DNA of 64,000 bases from an uncultured bacterium. GTDB taxonomy: Bacteria; Bacillota_I; Bacilli_A; RFN20; CAG-826. Where the stretch lies: contig CASGAB010000003.1 of the NCBI GenBank assembly GCA_949299395.1, positions 137 to 64,136 on the forward strand, given 5' to 3'. Below, piece after piece: positions 39,489 through 49,852 of the stretch (position 1 is the stretch's first letter; each line of letters opens with the position of its first letter). A program made the position numbers and the translations under genes. Under the pieces are notes generated by a model. The model did no database searches, was not told where the DNA came from, and worked only from the letters and a program-made list of their open reading frames with translations.

Positions 39489-41510
39489 ATGCTTTATATA
39501 ACGCTTTTTCTTTCTTTATTAAGCGCATCCTTAATTTATAATGCTTCATATATTTTTGGGATATTTTTCGCTATTTTATCTTTATTTTTCTTATTTAAAG
39601 AGAAAAATAAGAAATTTATAGCTCTTTTTATAATAGCGTTTTCGACCTTCTTTATTTTTCTATTTTTAAAAGATTTATTATTTATTAATAGCGAATATTA
39701 CTTAATTTTAGAAAGAAAAAGTAGTTATGTAATTTGTTTTAATGGATTAGATTCTTTTTATTTAAAGGTAGATAAAGAATCAGCCTTTGATACTTTTGAT
39801 ATTATAAAAGTTGAAAAATATACGATAAAATCAATAGATTTTACCGTTTTAGAATCAGGATTTGATTTTAATCAATATTTATTTTCTAAAGATGTTGATC
39901 ATCAAATTGAAGCAAGTAAAATAACTTCAGTTTTTAATTTTCCTTTATCGTTTTTTATATTAAAAGAAAACTTTTTAAATGGTTTTGAAAATGAAATAAT
40001 TAGAAACTTTGTTAGTGGTTTTTTATTTTCAAGTTTAGATTATAGTTTAGAGGAAACTTATTTAATTAAAGATCTTCAAATCATAACTTTATTCTCTTTA
40101 AGCGGCATTTATCTTAATTTTATTTTGTATGGTTTAAAGAAAATATTCTTCTTAAAATTTAGTGAAAAAACATCATATATTCTGTCATTTATCGTTGTTT
40201 TTCCGTTTTTATTTATAAATATTTCTCGTTTTACAACAATAAAAGTTATCGTTTTCTATATTTTTAATTTTATTAACAGGATTTATTTAGATAGAAAATT
40301 TTCAAGACTAGAAGCGATAGCAATTGTTGGATCGTTTTTTATAGTTTTATCTAATCGTATAATTTTTCAGGCTGGATTTTATATGTCTTTTTTAATCTAT
40401 ACTTTTTTAGGCTTAAGCGGCTCAAAATTTAATGATTTAGGCTATTTTGAAAAGAAGATTGCTCTTCAATTACTATTAGTTTTTATTGTTTTACCTTTTA
40501 ATATTTCATTTAATAATTCGTTTAATATTATTTCTTTTGTCTTCATGATGATTTTTATGCTCCTAAGCAAAGTAATTTTTGTTTTTGCTATCTTAACTTT
40601 TTTATTTTTGCCTAACTTTATTATTGAAGAGATTTTAAAAGTAGTTTATCGAATAATTTATGCTTGTGATTCATTAAAAATTAATATTCATATACCGGAA
40701 TTTAATCATCTTTTATATATAATTTATTTTATTTTGCTCGTTTTATTTTTATATTTATATGAAGTTAACTTTAAAAGAAAATATCATAAAGTCGGATTCA
40801 TTCTATCAGCAATATTATTAATTTATACAATTCCTATCGATAATTATATGTCTACACAAATTAGTTTTATTAATATTGGACAAGGCGATTCAACGTTAAT
40901 AAGAGTTAAAAATAAGGCTTATTTAATCGATACAGGAGGATTAACTTATACAGATGTTGCTTTAAATAATTTAATCCCTTATTTAAAGAAAAATAGAATT
41001 TATTCACTTGAAGGAGTTTTTATTACACACGATGATTATGATCATAGTGGAGCTTTAACTTCTTTAACTAATAATTTCGAAGTTAAAAATGTTTATACAC
41101 AAAATAATTTTGATTCATTTAAGGATGAAAATCTTCCTTTAATTAATTTAAATAATTATGTCGATTTATGGGGTGATGATGAAAATGAAAAATCGCTTGT
41201 CTTATATTTAGATATTTATGATAAAACTTTCTTATTTATGGGAGATGCTTCTACTAACATTGAAAAAAGAATAATTTTAGATTATCCTTCGCTTGATGTT
41301 GATTATTTAAAAGTATCGCATCATGGCTCGAAAACAGCATCATCACTAGATTTTTTAAAGAAAATAACTCCTGAGGAAGCAATAATTTCTGTTGGCAAAA
41401 ACAATTGGTATAATCATCCAAATGATGAAGTTTTAGCAAATTTAAAAAGAGTAAATGCAAAGATTAGAAGAACTGATTTAGAAGGAACAATCACATATAA
41501 ATTTTATTAA
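39489..41510 (+). CDS. comEC: competence channel ComEC/Rec2 (multi-TM plus metallo-beta-lactamase domain)
   Basis: Many TMs, then NIGQGDS, IDTGG, THDDYDH, FMGD, KVSHHGS, SVGKNNWYNHP and RTDLEG. Confidence 0.9.
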   Translation: MLYITLFLSLLSASLIYNASYIFGIFFAILSLFFLFKEKNKKFIALFIIAFSTFFIFLFLKDLLFINSEYYLILERKSSYVICFNGLDSFYLKVDKESAFDTFDIIKVEKYTIKSIDFTVLESGFDFNQYLFSKDVDHQIEASKITSVFNFPLSFFILKENFLNGFENEIIRNFVSGFLFSSLDYSLEETYLIKDLQIITLFSLSGIYLNFILYGLKKIFFLKFSEKTSYILSFIVVFPFLFINISRFTTIKVIVFYIFNFINRIYLDRKFSRLEAIAIVGSFFIVLSNRIIFQAGFYMSFLIYTFLGLSGSKFNDLGYFEKKIALQLLLVFIVLPFNISFNNSFNIISFVFMMIFMLLSKVIFVFAILTFLFLPNFIIEEILKVVYRIIYACDSLKINIHIPEFNHLLYIIYFILLVLFLYLYEVNFKRKYHKVGFILSAILLIYTIPIDNYMSTQISFINIGQGDSTLIRVKNKAYLIDTGGLTYTDVALNNLIPYLKKNRIYSLEGVFITHDDYDHSGALTSLTNNFEVKNVYTQNNFDSFKDENLPLINLNNYVDLWGDDENEKSLVLYLDIYDKTFLFMGDASTNIEKRIILDYPSLDVDYLKVSHHGSKTASSLDFLKKITPEEAIISVGKNNWYNHPNDEVLANLKRVNAKIRRTDLEGTITYKFY

Positions 41511-41534
41511 GTTTATAGTAAAATATTTTTAGAA

Positions 41535-42509
41535 ATGAATTATATTTTATTCGGTGAAGAAGATTTTTTAATTAAACAAAGAGTTAACAAACTTGTTAAG
41601 TCTTTTTTTGATAAAGAAGAAAAAAATATTTATAAAAGTGATTATTTAACTGATGGGTTAAATGATTTTATCAGTGCTTTAGAACAAGTAGATTTTTTAT
41701 TTTCTTCAAAAAAATGCATTATTTTAGATAATGCTGATTTTTTAAGTGAAGAAAAAGAAAGAAAAAAGATTGATAAGTTTATTAATGATAAATTACTTGG
41801 CTTATTAAAAGATGATAATGATGAGATTTTAACTATTTTTATTACCCATAAAGCTACAAAAAATGGAACACTTTTAGCAAGAAGTGAAATCGTTAAATTA
41901 ATTGAAAAAAAGGGGAAAATTTATTCATTTCCAGCCATAAAGAAAAATGATTTTTTATCTTATATAAGAAAATATTTTGAAATGCACGGTTATGAAATTG
42001 ATGAAAGTGCAATTAAGTTAATGAGCGAAAATGTAGGAAGTGATTTATATTTATTTAATAATGAAGCTCAAAAATTAATGCCTTATGTTGATAAAAAAAT
42101 AATCACAAAAGAAGATGTTGAAGCTATTTGTTCGGTAAATATCGATGATAATATGTTTGACTTATCAAATGCTTTTTTAGCAAAAGATAATAAAAAAGTT
42201 TTTAAAATTTATAATGATTTAACTATTAGAGGAATCGAACCAGTTGTTTTAATTGCATTTTTAACAACTAATTTCATTTCTTATGATAAAATACTTTATT
42301 TATCATTAAGCGGATATTCTAATGAAGAAATAGCAACATCATTAAAAATGCACCCATATGCTGTTCAAATCTCTTTAAGAGGTTTAAGAAATTATACTTT
42401 AGATGAAATTGAAAATATTTTAAATAAATTATACGAGTTAGACAAAAATATTAAGTTAGGAAACGTTGATCGTTTCTTCGCTTTTGAATCATTCTTACTT
42501 TATTTATAA
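41535..42509 (+). CDS. holA: DNA polymerase III delta subunit
   Basis: YILFGEEDFL, NEAQKL, MHPYAV and DKNIKLG; conserved position between comEC and rpsT. Confidence 0.9.
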   Translation: MNYILFGEEDFLIKQRVNKLVKSFFDKEEKNIYKSDYLTDGLNDFISALEQVDFLFSSKKCIILDNADFLSEEKERKKIDKFINDKLLGLLKDDNDEILTIFITHKATKNGTLLARSEIVKLIEKKGKIYSFPAIKKNDFLSYIRKYFEMHGYEIDESAIKLMSENVGSDLYLFNNEAQKLMPYVDKKIITKEDVEAICSVNIDDNMFDLSNAFLAKDNKKVFKIYNDLTIRGIEPVVLIAFLTTNFISYDKILYLSLSGYSNEEIATSLKMHPYAVQISLRGLRNYTLDEIENILNKLYELDKNIKLGNVDRFFAFESFLLYL

Positions 42510-42526
42510 GAAGTAAAAGAAGTAAT

Positions 42527-42551
42527 AAAAAAAGTACCAATTCGGTACTTT
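42527..42551 (-). terminator. terminator between holA and rpsT
   Basis: AAAGTACC-AATTC-GGTACTTT with an A run on the left, which is a U tract on the minus strand. Confidence 0.7.
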
Positions 42552-42813
42552 ATTTAATTGAATTAACTAAATTTTGAATTGTACTCTTTTCTCTAGCGGC
42601 AGTTTTCTTGTGGACAATACCTTTTACAACTGCTCTATCAATGATTGAAACAGCTTTATTTAATGCTAAAGTTGCTTTTTCTAAGTCTTTTGCTTCAACA
42701 GCGACTTTAACAGCTTTAATTGCAGTTCTTAATTTTGATTTGTAAGAGATATTTCTTAATCTAGCTTTTTCGTTTGTTTTATTTCTTTTAATTTGTGATT
42801 TAATATTTGCCAT
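42550..42813 (-). CDS. rpsT: 30S ribosomal protein S20 (start ATG 42813)
   Basis: MANIKSQIKR...KGIVHKKTAAR; GAGG SD upstream. Confidence 0.97.
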   Translation of the reverse strand: MANIKSQIKRNKTNEKARLRNISYKSKLRTAIKAVKVAVEAKDLEKATLALNKAVSIIDRAVVKGIVHKKTAAREKSTIQNLVNSIK

Positions 42814-42944
42814 AATATCTACCTCAATTAATACGCTTAAAAATATTACCAAAAGTTCATTTAAAAATCAATGCGAAATATTTATATTTTTGTCGTAAAA
42901 ATTGCTAAAATATAACTCGAAATAATATATAGGAGGTTTCACAA

Positions 42945-43889
42945 ATGTTAAACAAGAAAAATATTAAAATTTTATTCTTTGGAACTCCTGAAATAAGTGC
43001 ATATCTTTTAGAAGAACTTATCAAAAATAACTATAACATTATTGGTCTTGTCGCTCAAGAAGATAAACCTGTAGGTAGAAAAGGGGTAATTGAAGCAGTT
43101 CCTACTAAAAAAGTAGCTTTAAAATATAATTTACCAGTTTATCAATATAAAAAGGTCAGTGAACATGTTGATGAAATTAAAAAACTTGAACCTGATTTAA
43201 TTTTAACATTGGCTTTTGGACAAATTGTCTCTCATGAACTTTTAATGGTTCCTAAATATGGATGCTTAAATTTGCATGGATCAATTTTACCTAAATATAG
43301 AGGCGCTGCACCTATTCAATATTCTTTGTTAAATGGTGATAAAGAAACCGGAATTTCATTAATGGAAATGGTCGATAAAATGGATGCTGGTCGTGTTTTT
43401 GCGATTGAAAAGATAAAAATTGAAGATGAAGATAACTACACAACTTTAGTAGACAAATTAAAAGTTGCTTCATTTTTATGTGTAGATAAATATTTAGATG
43501 GTTATCTTAATGGCGAATTGAAGGGTGAAGAACAAGATGAATCTCTTGTTACATTTACTAAAAAAATAAAAGAAGAAGATGAAGTGATAAATTTTAATGA
43601 AGATGCGACAGTTTTGTTTAATAAAATTAGAGCTTTAGCGATGAATCCAGGCGCTCATTTCATTTTCAATGATGTTAAATACAAAGTTTTTAAAACCTCA
43701 GTTGTTAAGGATAACAGTGATAAAAAACCAGGAACTATTATTTCTTATGATAAAAAGAATTTTATTGTTAAATGTAAAAATGATGCATTAAAGATTGAGA
43801 TTTTACAAAAACCAGGTAAAAAAGCGATGGATTACAACGATTTCTATAATGGAAACGCTAAAACTTTTGAAATTAATCAAATAATTTAA
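42945..43889 (+). CDS. fmt: methionyl-tRNA formyltransferase
   Basis: FFGTPE, NLHGSILPKYRGAAPI and MDAG. Confidence 0.97.
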   Translation: MLNKKNIKILFFGTPEISAYLLEELIKNNYNIIGLVAQEDKPVGRKGVIEAVPTKKVALKYNLPVYQYKKVSEHVDEIKKLEPDLILTLAFGQIVSHELLMVPKYGCLNLHGSILPKYRGAAPIQYSLLNGDKETGISLMEMVDKMDAGRVFAIEKIKIEDEDNYTTLVDKLKVASFLCVDKYLDGYLNGELKGEEQDESLVTFTKKIKEEDEVINFNEDATVLFNKIRALAMNPGAHFIFNDVKYKVFKTSVVKDNSDKKPGTIISYDKKNFIVKCKNDALKIEILQKPGKKAMDYNDFYNGNAKTFEINQII

Positions 43890-43890
43890 A

Positions 43891-46254
43891 ATGATAAAAA
43901 TAGAGCTTAGTGTACACGATTTAGTTGATTTTATATTAAGAACGGGGAACATTGATTCTCGAGTTTTTAACTATTCAACAATGGAAGAAGGAAGTAAAAT
44001 TCACCGTTCTTATCAATCTTTACAAGGTGAAAAATATATTCCTGAATATTTTTTAAAATATAGTTTTGAAAATCGTGATTATTTATATACATTAAGTGGT
44101 CGATGTGATGGAATTATTGTCGGAGAAAATAATGAGATAACAATTGATGAAATCAAATCGACAAATACTTCATTAGAAAAGTTTTTTAAACAAAATAAAA
44201 AATGGCATTTAGGACAAGCGGAAGTTTATGCCTTAATTTATTGTTTAATTGAAGGCTTAGAAACGATAAATATACGATTAACATACATCTCTCAACAAGA
44301 TGGAACTATACTTATTAAAAACTTTAAATATACTAAAAAACGACTAACAAGCAAAATAAATTCATATTTAGATAAATATTCTGATTATTTGGACTCTCAA
44401 AGAGAGTTTGAAGAATTAAAAGAATTATCTTTACAAAAAATGTCTTTTCCTTTCTCTTTTTATCGTAAAGGACAAGAAGAAATGGTTAATTTAACTTATG
44501 AATGTTTATCAAATAAAGATATTTATTTTTTTGAAGCTAGTACAGGTATAGGAAAGACGATGTCTTTAATTTATGGTGCTTTAAAAGGTTTAAAAGATAA
44601 AAAATGTAATAAAATTTTCTATTTAAGTGCTAAAAATAGTGGATTTGATGCGGCTTTAAATGCAATAAAAATATTATTTGATAATGGAGTAAAAATTAAA
44701 TGTTTACAAGTTACTTCAAGAGAAAAGATTTGTATTAATAAAAATCCAAATAAAAGATGTAATCCTGATGATTGTCCATTTGCAAAAGATTATTATTCAA
44801 AATTATATGAAATCATTATTGAATCTTTAAAAAAGTACGATATATTCGATAAAAATACTATTTTAGAGATTGCTAATAGATATGGTGTTTGCCCATTTGA
44901 ATTATCTTTAGATTTATCGTTAAGATGCGATTACATCGTTTGTGATTACAATTATTTATATGATCCAACCGCTTATTTAAGAAGGTTTTTTGATGATCAA
45001 AGTAATGATAATAAATCGTTTATTTTAGTTGATGAAGCACACAATTTAGTTGATAGATCTCGTTCTATGTATTCAGCTTTTATCTTAATGAATGAGATTA
45101 ATGAAGCGATGAAAGAACTTAAAAAGTTAAAATCGAAAAAACTTTATAACAATTTAAATGAATTAAAAGAGAAAATTTTAGTTTATAAAGATATCTTTTT
45201 TGATAATGAAAACGTGAAAACTATCGAAGAAATTAATGAAGATATTCTTTTATTAATAAATAAATTCAAAAATAATTATATTGCTTTTAAAAAGAAAGAT
45301 TACTTATCTAAAACAAAAGCTAGTGATGATTTCTCGTTACATTTAAATTCATTTTTAGCAATTTATGATCTTTATAACCAATCAAATTTTAAAATTAATT
45401 TATACAAAAACGGCAACGATATCGATATTTTTATTAATTGTTTAGATGCATCAACATATTTAAAAAATATTTCATCAAAACAAGCCTCAACTATCTTTTT
45501 TAGTGCAACTTTATCACCGGTTTCATACTATAAAAAATTATTATTAGGTGCTGAAGATTATAAAGATTTCAAGTGGGACTCGCCTTTTGAAGATCAAAAC
45601 TTAAAAGTCTTAGTTAAAAACGATATTTCAATTAAATATAAAGACAGAGATTTGACGATGGCTAACGTACTTTTTGATGTTTATGAGTTCATTAAAAATA
45701 AGGTTGGAAATTATATAGTTTTTTCTCCGTCTTTTGAATATTTATATAAATTAAAAGAGCTCGTTTCAAAATCTTCTTTATTCAATGATTTTGATATTTA
45801 TTTCCAAGAAAAGAATATGAAATTAGAAGAAAAAGAAGAATTTTTAAATAATTTTGTCGAAAACCCACTTAAAACAACAATCGCTTTTTGCGTTAATGGG
45901 GGTAGTTTTTCTGAAGGAATAGATTTAATTGATAGTAGACTTATTGGAGTAGTAATTATTGGAGTAGGATTACCTTCAATTTCTTATGAAAACTCTCAAT
46001 TGAGTGAATATTTTATTAATCAAGGACTTAACGGATATGAGTTTACTTTTGTTAATCCAGGTATAAATAAAATCATGCAATCGGTTGGTAGAGTTATTCG
46101 AACCGAAAATGATCGAGGAATGGCTTTATTAATTGATAATAGATATTCCTATAAAAATTATAAATTTTTATTTTCAGAACTGTGGAAAAATTCAAAATTT
46201 ATAAAAAATAGTTCTGATATCTCAAAAGAAGTAGAAAATTTTTATAAAAAATAA
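43891..46254 (+). CDS. PD-(D/E)XK nuclease-fused Fe-S XPD/DinG-family helicase
   Basis: N-terminal G..IH, GRCDG, DEIKS and GQAEVYA; ASTGIGKT; Fe-S Cys (KIC, CNPDDCP, CPFE); DEAHN; SATL; QSVGRVIR. Confidence 0.9.
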   Translation: MIKIELSVHDLVDFILRTGNIDSRVFNYSTMEEGSKIHRSYQSLQGEKYIPEYFLKYSFENRDYLYTLSGRCDGIIVGENNEITIDEIKSTNTSLEKFFKQNKKWHLGQAEVYALIYCLIEGLETINIRLTYISQQDGTILIKNFKYTKKRLTSKINSYLDKYSDYLDSQREFEELKELSLQKMSFPFSFYRKGQEEMVNLTYECLSNKDIYFFEASTGIGKTMSLIYGALKGLKDKKCNKIFYLSAKNSGFDAALNAIKILFDNGVKIKCLQVTSREKICINKNPNKRCNPDDCPFAKDYYSKLYEIIIESLKKYDIFDKNTILEIANRYGVCPFELSLDLSLRCDYIVCDYNYLYDPTAYLRRFFDDQSNDNKSFILVDEAHNLVDRSRSMYSAFILMNEINEAMKELKKLKSKKLYNNLNELKEKILVYKDIFFDNENVKTIEEINEDILLLINKFKNNYIAFKKKDYLSKTKASDDFSLHLNSFLAIYDLYNQSNFKINLYKNGNDIDIFINCLDASTYLKNISSKQASTIFFSATLSPVSYYKKLLLGAEDYKDFKWDSPFEDQNLKVLVKNDISIKYKDRDLTMANVLFDVYEFIKNKVGNYIVFSPSFEYLYKLKELVSKSSLFNDFDIYFQEKNMKLEEKEEFLNNFVENPLKTTIAFCVNGGSFSEGIDLIDSRLIGVVIIGVGLPSISYENSQLSEYFINQGLNGYEFTFVNPGINKIMQSVGRVIRTENDRGMALLIDNRYSYKNYKFLFSELWKNSKFIKNSSDISKEVENFYKK

Positions 46255-46280
46255 GGAAGATTGTGATATATTTATAGACT

Positions 46281-48095
46281 ATGGAATATAAAAAAGAACT
46301 GATTCGTAATTTTTCAATTATCGCTCATATAGATCACGGTAAATCAACAATCGCTGATCGTATTTTAGAATTGACCGAAACTATTGAAAAAAGAGAAATG
46401 AAAGATCAACTTCTTGATTCAATGGATTTAGAAAGAGAAAGAGGAATTACAATCAAGTTAAATGCTGTTACTATTCGATATAATTCTTTGGATGGTAATT
46501 CATATATTTTTAATTTAATCGATACTCCAGGGCATGTCGACTTTACTTATGAAGTTTCTCGTTCTTTAGCAGCTTGTGAAGGCGCAGTATTAGTAATTGA
46601 TGCAACTCAAGGAATTGAGGCTCAAACTTTAGCAAACCTTTATTTAGCTGTTGATAATGACTTAATGATTATTCCAGTTATTAATAAAATTGATTTACCA
46701 AGTGCTAGAATTTCTTTTTGCCAAGAAGAAATTACTGAAAGAATTGGAATTGATGGCGAAACTGCTATACCTGTAAGTGCTAAAACAGGCGAAAATATTC
46801 GTGAAATTTTAGAAAGAATTGTTAGTGATTGTCCAGCTCCTTCAGGAGATAATTCTAATCCTTTACAAGCTTTAATTTTTGATAGTTATTACGATTCTTA
46901 TCGTGGTGTTGTTATTTTAATTCGTATTAAAGATGGCTGTGTAAAAGTTGGCGATGAAATAAAACTTATGAGAAGTGGTGCCACTTTTAAAGTTACTGAA
47001 CTTGGAATTAGAACACCAAAAGAAGTTAGTAGAGATATTTTAAATTGCGGTGAAGTTGGTTATTTATGCGCACAAATTAAAGATATTAAAGATGTAGATG
47101 TTGGTGATACAATTACACTTTTAAATAATCAAGCAAAAGAAGCTTTACCAGGCTATAGAAAGATAAATCCAATGGTTTATTGTGGTATTTATCCTACTGA
47201 TTCAAGAAAGTACGATGATTTAAAAGAAGCTTTAGAAAAATTATGTTTAAACGATAGTTCTTTAAGATATGAAGCTGAAACTTCTCAAGCTTTAGGATTT
47301 GGCTTTAGATGCGGCTTTTTAGGACTTTTACATATGGATGTTATTCAAGAAAGACTCGAAAGAGAATATGGCCTTGATTTAATTCTTACCGCTCCAAGTG
47401 TTATTTATAAAATTTATATGACTGATGGAAGTGTCATTAATCTTGAAAACCCTTCAAAATTACCTGATTTAACATTAATTGATCGAATTGAAGAACCATA
47501 TGTTAAAGCAGAAATTATGACTCCTGAAGAATTTATTGGTCCAATTATGCAACTTTGTCAAGAAAAACGTGGTATTTATGTTGATCAAACATATTTTGAT
47601 CAAACAAGAAGAGTTTTAGTTTATGAAATGCCTTTAAATGAAATTATTTATAATTTCTTCGATAAACTTAAATCATATACAAGAGGTTATGCTTCACTTG
47701 ATTACTCTTTAAGTGATTATAAGCCTTCAAATTTATCGAAAATGGATATTTTACTTAATGGCGAAGTAATTGATGCGCTTTCTTCGATTGTTTATAAACC
47801 AGATGCATATAAAAAAGGCATAAAACTCGTATCAAAATTAAAAGAAGTTATTCCTCGTCAACAATTTGAAGTTCCAGTTCAAGCTGCAATCAATGGAAAA
47901 GTTATTGCTAGATGTGATATTAAAGCTGTTAGAAAAGACGTTTTAGCTAAATGTTATGGTGGAGATATTTCTCGTAAAAGAAAACTCTTAGAAAAACAAA
48001 AAGAAGGTAAAAAACGTATGAAAATGGTCGGAAGCGTTGAACTTCCTCAAGAAGCCTTCATGTCTATTCTTAGTGTTGGTGATGAAAACGACTAA
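46281..48095 (+). CDS. lepA: elongation factor 4
   Basis: [22 protein letters not shown] and [10 protein letters not shown]. Confidence 0.98.
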   Translation: MEYKKELIRNFSIIAHIDHGKSTIADRILELTETIEKREMKDQLLDSMDLERERGITIKLNAVTIRYNSLDGNSYIFNLIDTPGHVDFTYEVSRSLAACEGAVLVIDATQGIEAQTLANLYLAVDNDLMIIPVINKIDLPSARISFCQEEITERIGIDGETAIPVSAKTGENIREILERIVSDCPAPSGDNSNPLQALIFDSYYDSYRGVVILIRIKDGCVKVGDEIKLMRSGATFKVTELGIRTPKEVSRDILNCGEVGYLCAQIKDIKDVDVGDTITLLNNQAKEALPGYRKINPMVYCGIYPTDSRKYDDLKEALEKLCLNDSSLRYEAETSQALGFGFRCGFLGLLHMDVIQERLEREYGLDLILTAPSVIYKIYMTDGSVINLENPSKLPDLTLIDRIEEPYVKAEIMTPEEFIGPIMQLCQEKRGIYVDQTYFDQTRRVLVYEMPLNEIIYNFFDKLKSYTRGYASLDYSLSDYKPSNLSKMDILLNGEVIDALSSIVYKPDAYKKGIKLVSKLKEVIPRQQFEVPVQAAINGKVIARCDIKAVRKDVLAKCYGGDISRKRKLLEKQKEGKKRMKMVGSVELPQEAFMSILSVGDEND

Positions 48096-48188
48096 AATTA
48101 AAATTATTACAATTTTTTAGTAGATTTTTAGTATTTAACCTTTATTAATTTAGTATTTTTATATATTATATTAATAGAGGTTTTTTAT

Positions 48189-49568
48189 ATGGCAAATTAT
48201 GAATTAGCAATCAAATATAGTAATGATGTTTATGCAACTAAAAAAGAAGTTAGTGAATATATGAGAACACCACAAGTTGATAGTGTTTGGCAAAATATTT
48301 TAGAGTATAGAACTCACTTCATGAAATCAACCGAACTCAAACACATCACCGGTGCTTTATATAGTATTTGTTTAACCCCAGCAATTAACGAAAAAATTAA
48401 TAATGTCGAAAGAAGATTAATGAGATTATATTCTCAATATATTCGTTTGCTTGTTAATAAAACCGATGAAATTTATCGTCGTTATGCTTATAAAGAAATA
48501 TTAGAAGTAGTTGCAAAGAATTATAACCTTACTTTAGATGAAATCTCTTTAAATAGAATTTTAAGTAAAAATGTTCAAGCTATTTCACCTGAATTAATGA
48601 TTATTTACCATTATTTCTTAGCTTTAGAAGATATGACAAATAATTATACAAAAGATATTAATGGCGAATCTTTTAAAAATTATTTAGATATTATTCAAGG
48701 TGTTAATGGTTCAACATTTAGAAGTAGTGAAATCCAAAACGTTTTAACAAAAAGTTTAATTAATAAACTTTATTTAGGTGTTCCAGTTTCTTCAATTGAT
48801 AAGAGTATGGAATCACTTGATTTATTCTTAAAAAATGATAGTTTTGGTATGTTTATCAAAGCTGCTGCTACTTTATACTATGCATATTATGTTAAACCAA
48901 TGGAAACATATAGCGAAGAAATCGCAGTTTTAGTATTTAAAAATATTTTATGTTCATTTGGCTTAGATGAAGTTGGATCAACTTTAAATTTCGAAGAGTT
49001 ATTAAAAGATAAAGAAGAGTTAGAAAAACATATTTTAGAATCACAAAAAAGTTTAGATCTTACCTATTTATTAATGTTTGTTTTAAATAAAACTAACGAT
49101 ATTATCGATAAAGCATTTAAAGTTTTAGGTAATGCAAAAGCTAGTGAAATTTCTAAAGAAATGTTTGAAGAAGATGTTAAAGTTGAATCAGTTATGCCTG
49201 ATTTAAGCGATTTAGAAAGTAAAATTGAAGTTAAATCTCCTCAAACTATTGCTAAAGAAGAAAAAGGTTTTGCAATGAATCAACAAATTGCAATTGATAC
49301 AATTCCAACTGGCTTAAGCGAAGCTGAAGCAAAAGTTTTAGAAGAACATTTACTTGAACTTAATCCTAATTTATCGCATGGCCAAGCATATTTTTATGCA
49401 AGACACTGTACAGTAGGCATGTCATATACAATTTCTCAATATAAAAAAGAAGTTGGTTGTGCTTATGAAACTGCAAGAAGTTCCATGGATAAGCTTGTTT
49501 TCTTAGGTTACTACCGTAAAGAAATCTTAAAGAATAAATTTATCTATATACCTGTTAAAAGAAAATAG
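48189..49568 (+). CDS. Fic-like protein with degenerate catalytic motif and C-terminal wHTH
   Basis: IKAAATLYYAYYVKPMETYSEEIA occupies the position of xKAxxxHxxFxxIHPFxDGNGRxxR; C-terminal YTISQYKK..CAYETAR..LV.LG pattern typical of Fic-wHTH proteins. Confidence 0.6.
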   Translation: MANYELAIKYSNDVYATKKEVSEYMRTPQVDSVWQNILEYRTHFMKSTELKHITGALYSICLTPAINEKINNVERRLMRLYSQYIRLLVNKTDEIYRRYAYKEILEVVAKNYNLTLDEISLNRILSKNVQAISPELMIIYHYFLALEDMTNNYTKDINGESFKNYLDIIQGVNGSTFRSSEIQNVLTKSLINKLYLGVPVSSIDKSMESLDLFLKNDSFGMFIKAAATLYYAYYVKPMETYSEEIAVLVFKNILCSFGLDEVGSTLNFEELLKDKEELEKHILESQKSLDLTYLLMFVLNKTNDIIDKAFKVLGNAKASEISKEMFEEDVKVESVMPDLSDLESKIEVKSPQTIAKEEKGFAMNQQIAIDTIPTGLSEAEAKVLEEHLLELNPNLSHGQAYFYARHCTVGMSYTISQYKKEVGCAYETARSSMDKLVFLGYYRKEILKNKFIYIPVKRK

Positions 49569-49603
49569 TGTATTATTTTAATGGAATTTAGGAGAAGTTT
49601 AAA

Positions 49604-49852
49604 ATGGTATTAGATTGGCTCGCAGAAAATAATTGGATAATTTTAGTAGCAGTTATTGCTGCCGCAGTAGTTATTGGCGGATTAGCTTTACTTATTCATA
49701 AGATTTTAAATAAAGATAAAAAGGATGAAAAACCAACCGAAGAAGAAATTGCTAATGAAACTATGGAACGTTATTTAGAAGACGTTGATAGTGAAGAAAC
49801 AAAAAAACAATTTGAAGAATTTGAAAATGAGAATAAGGAAGAAAATAAATAG
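49604..49852 (+). CDS. small single-pass membrane protein, unknown function
   Basis: AGGAG RBS, one hydrophobic helix and an acidic tail. Confidence 0.75.
   Translation: MVLDWLAENNWIILVAVIAAAVVIGGLALLIHKILNKDKKDEKPTEEEIANETMERYLEDVDSEETKKQFEEFENENKEENK

Noticed and set aside
43891..46254. Cas4-like nuclease plus DinG helicase as a CRISPR type IV or defence component
   Set aside because: This nuclease-XPD fusion is a widespread stand-alone Firmicutes gene. Here it sits between fmt and lepA with no cas genes or array.
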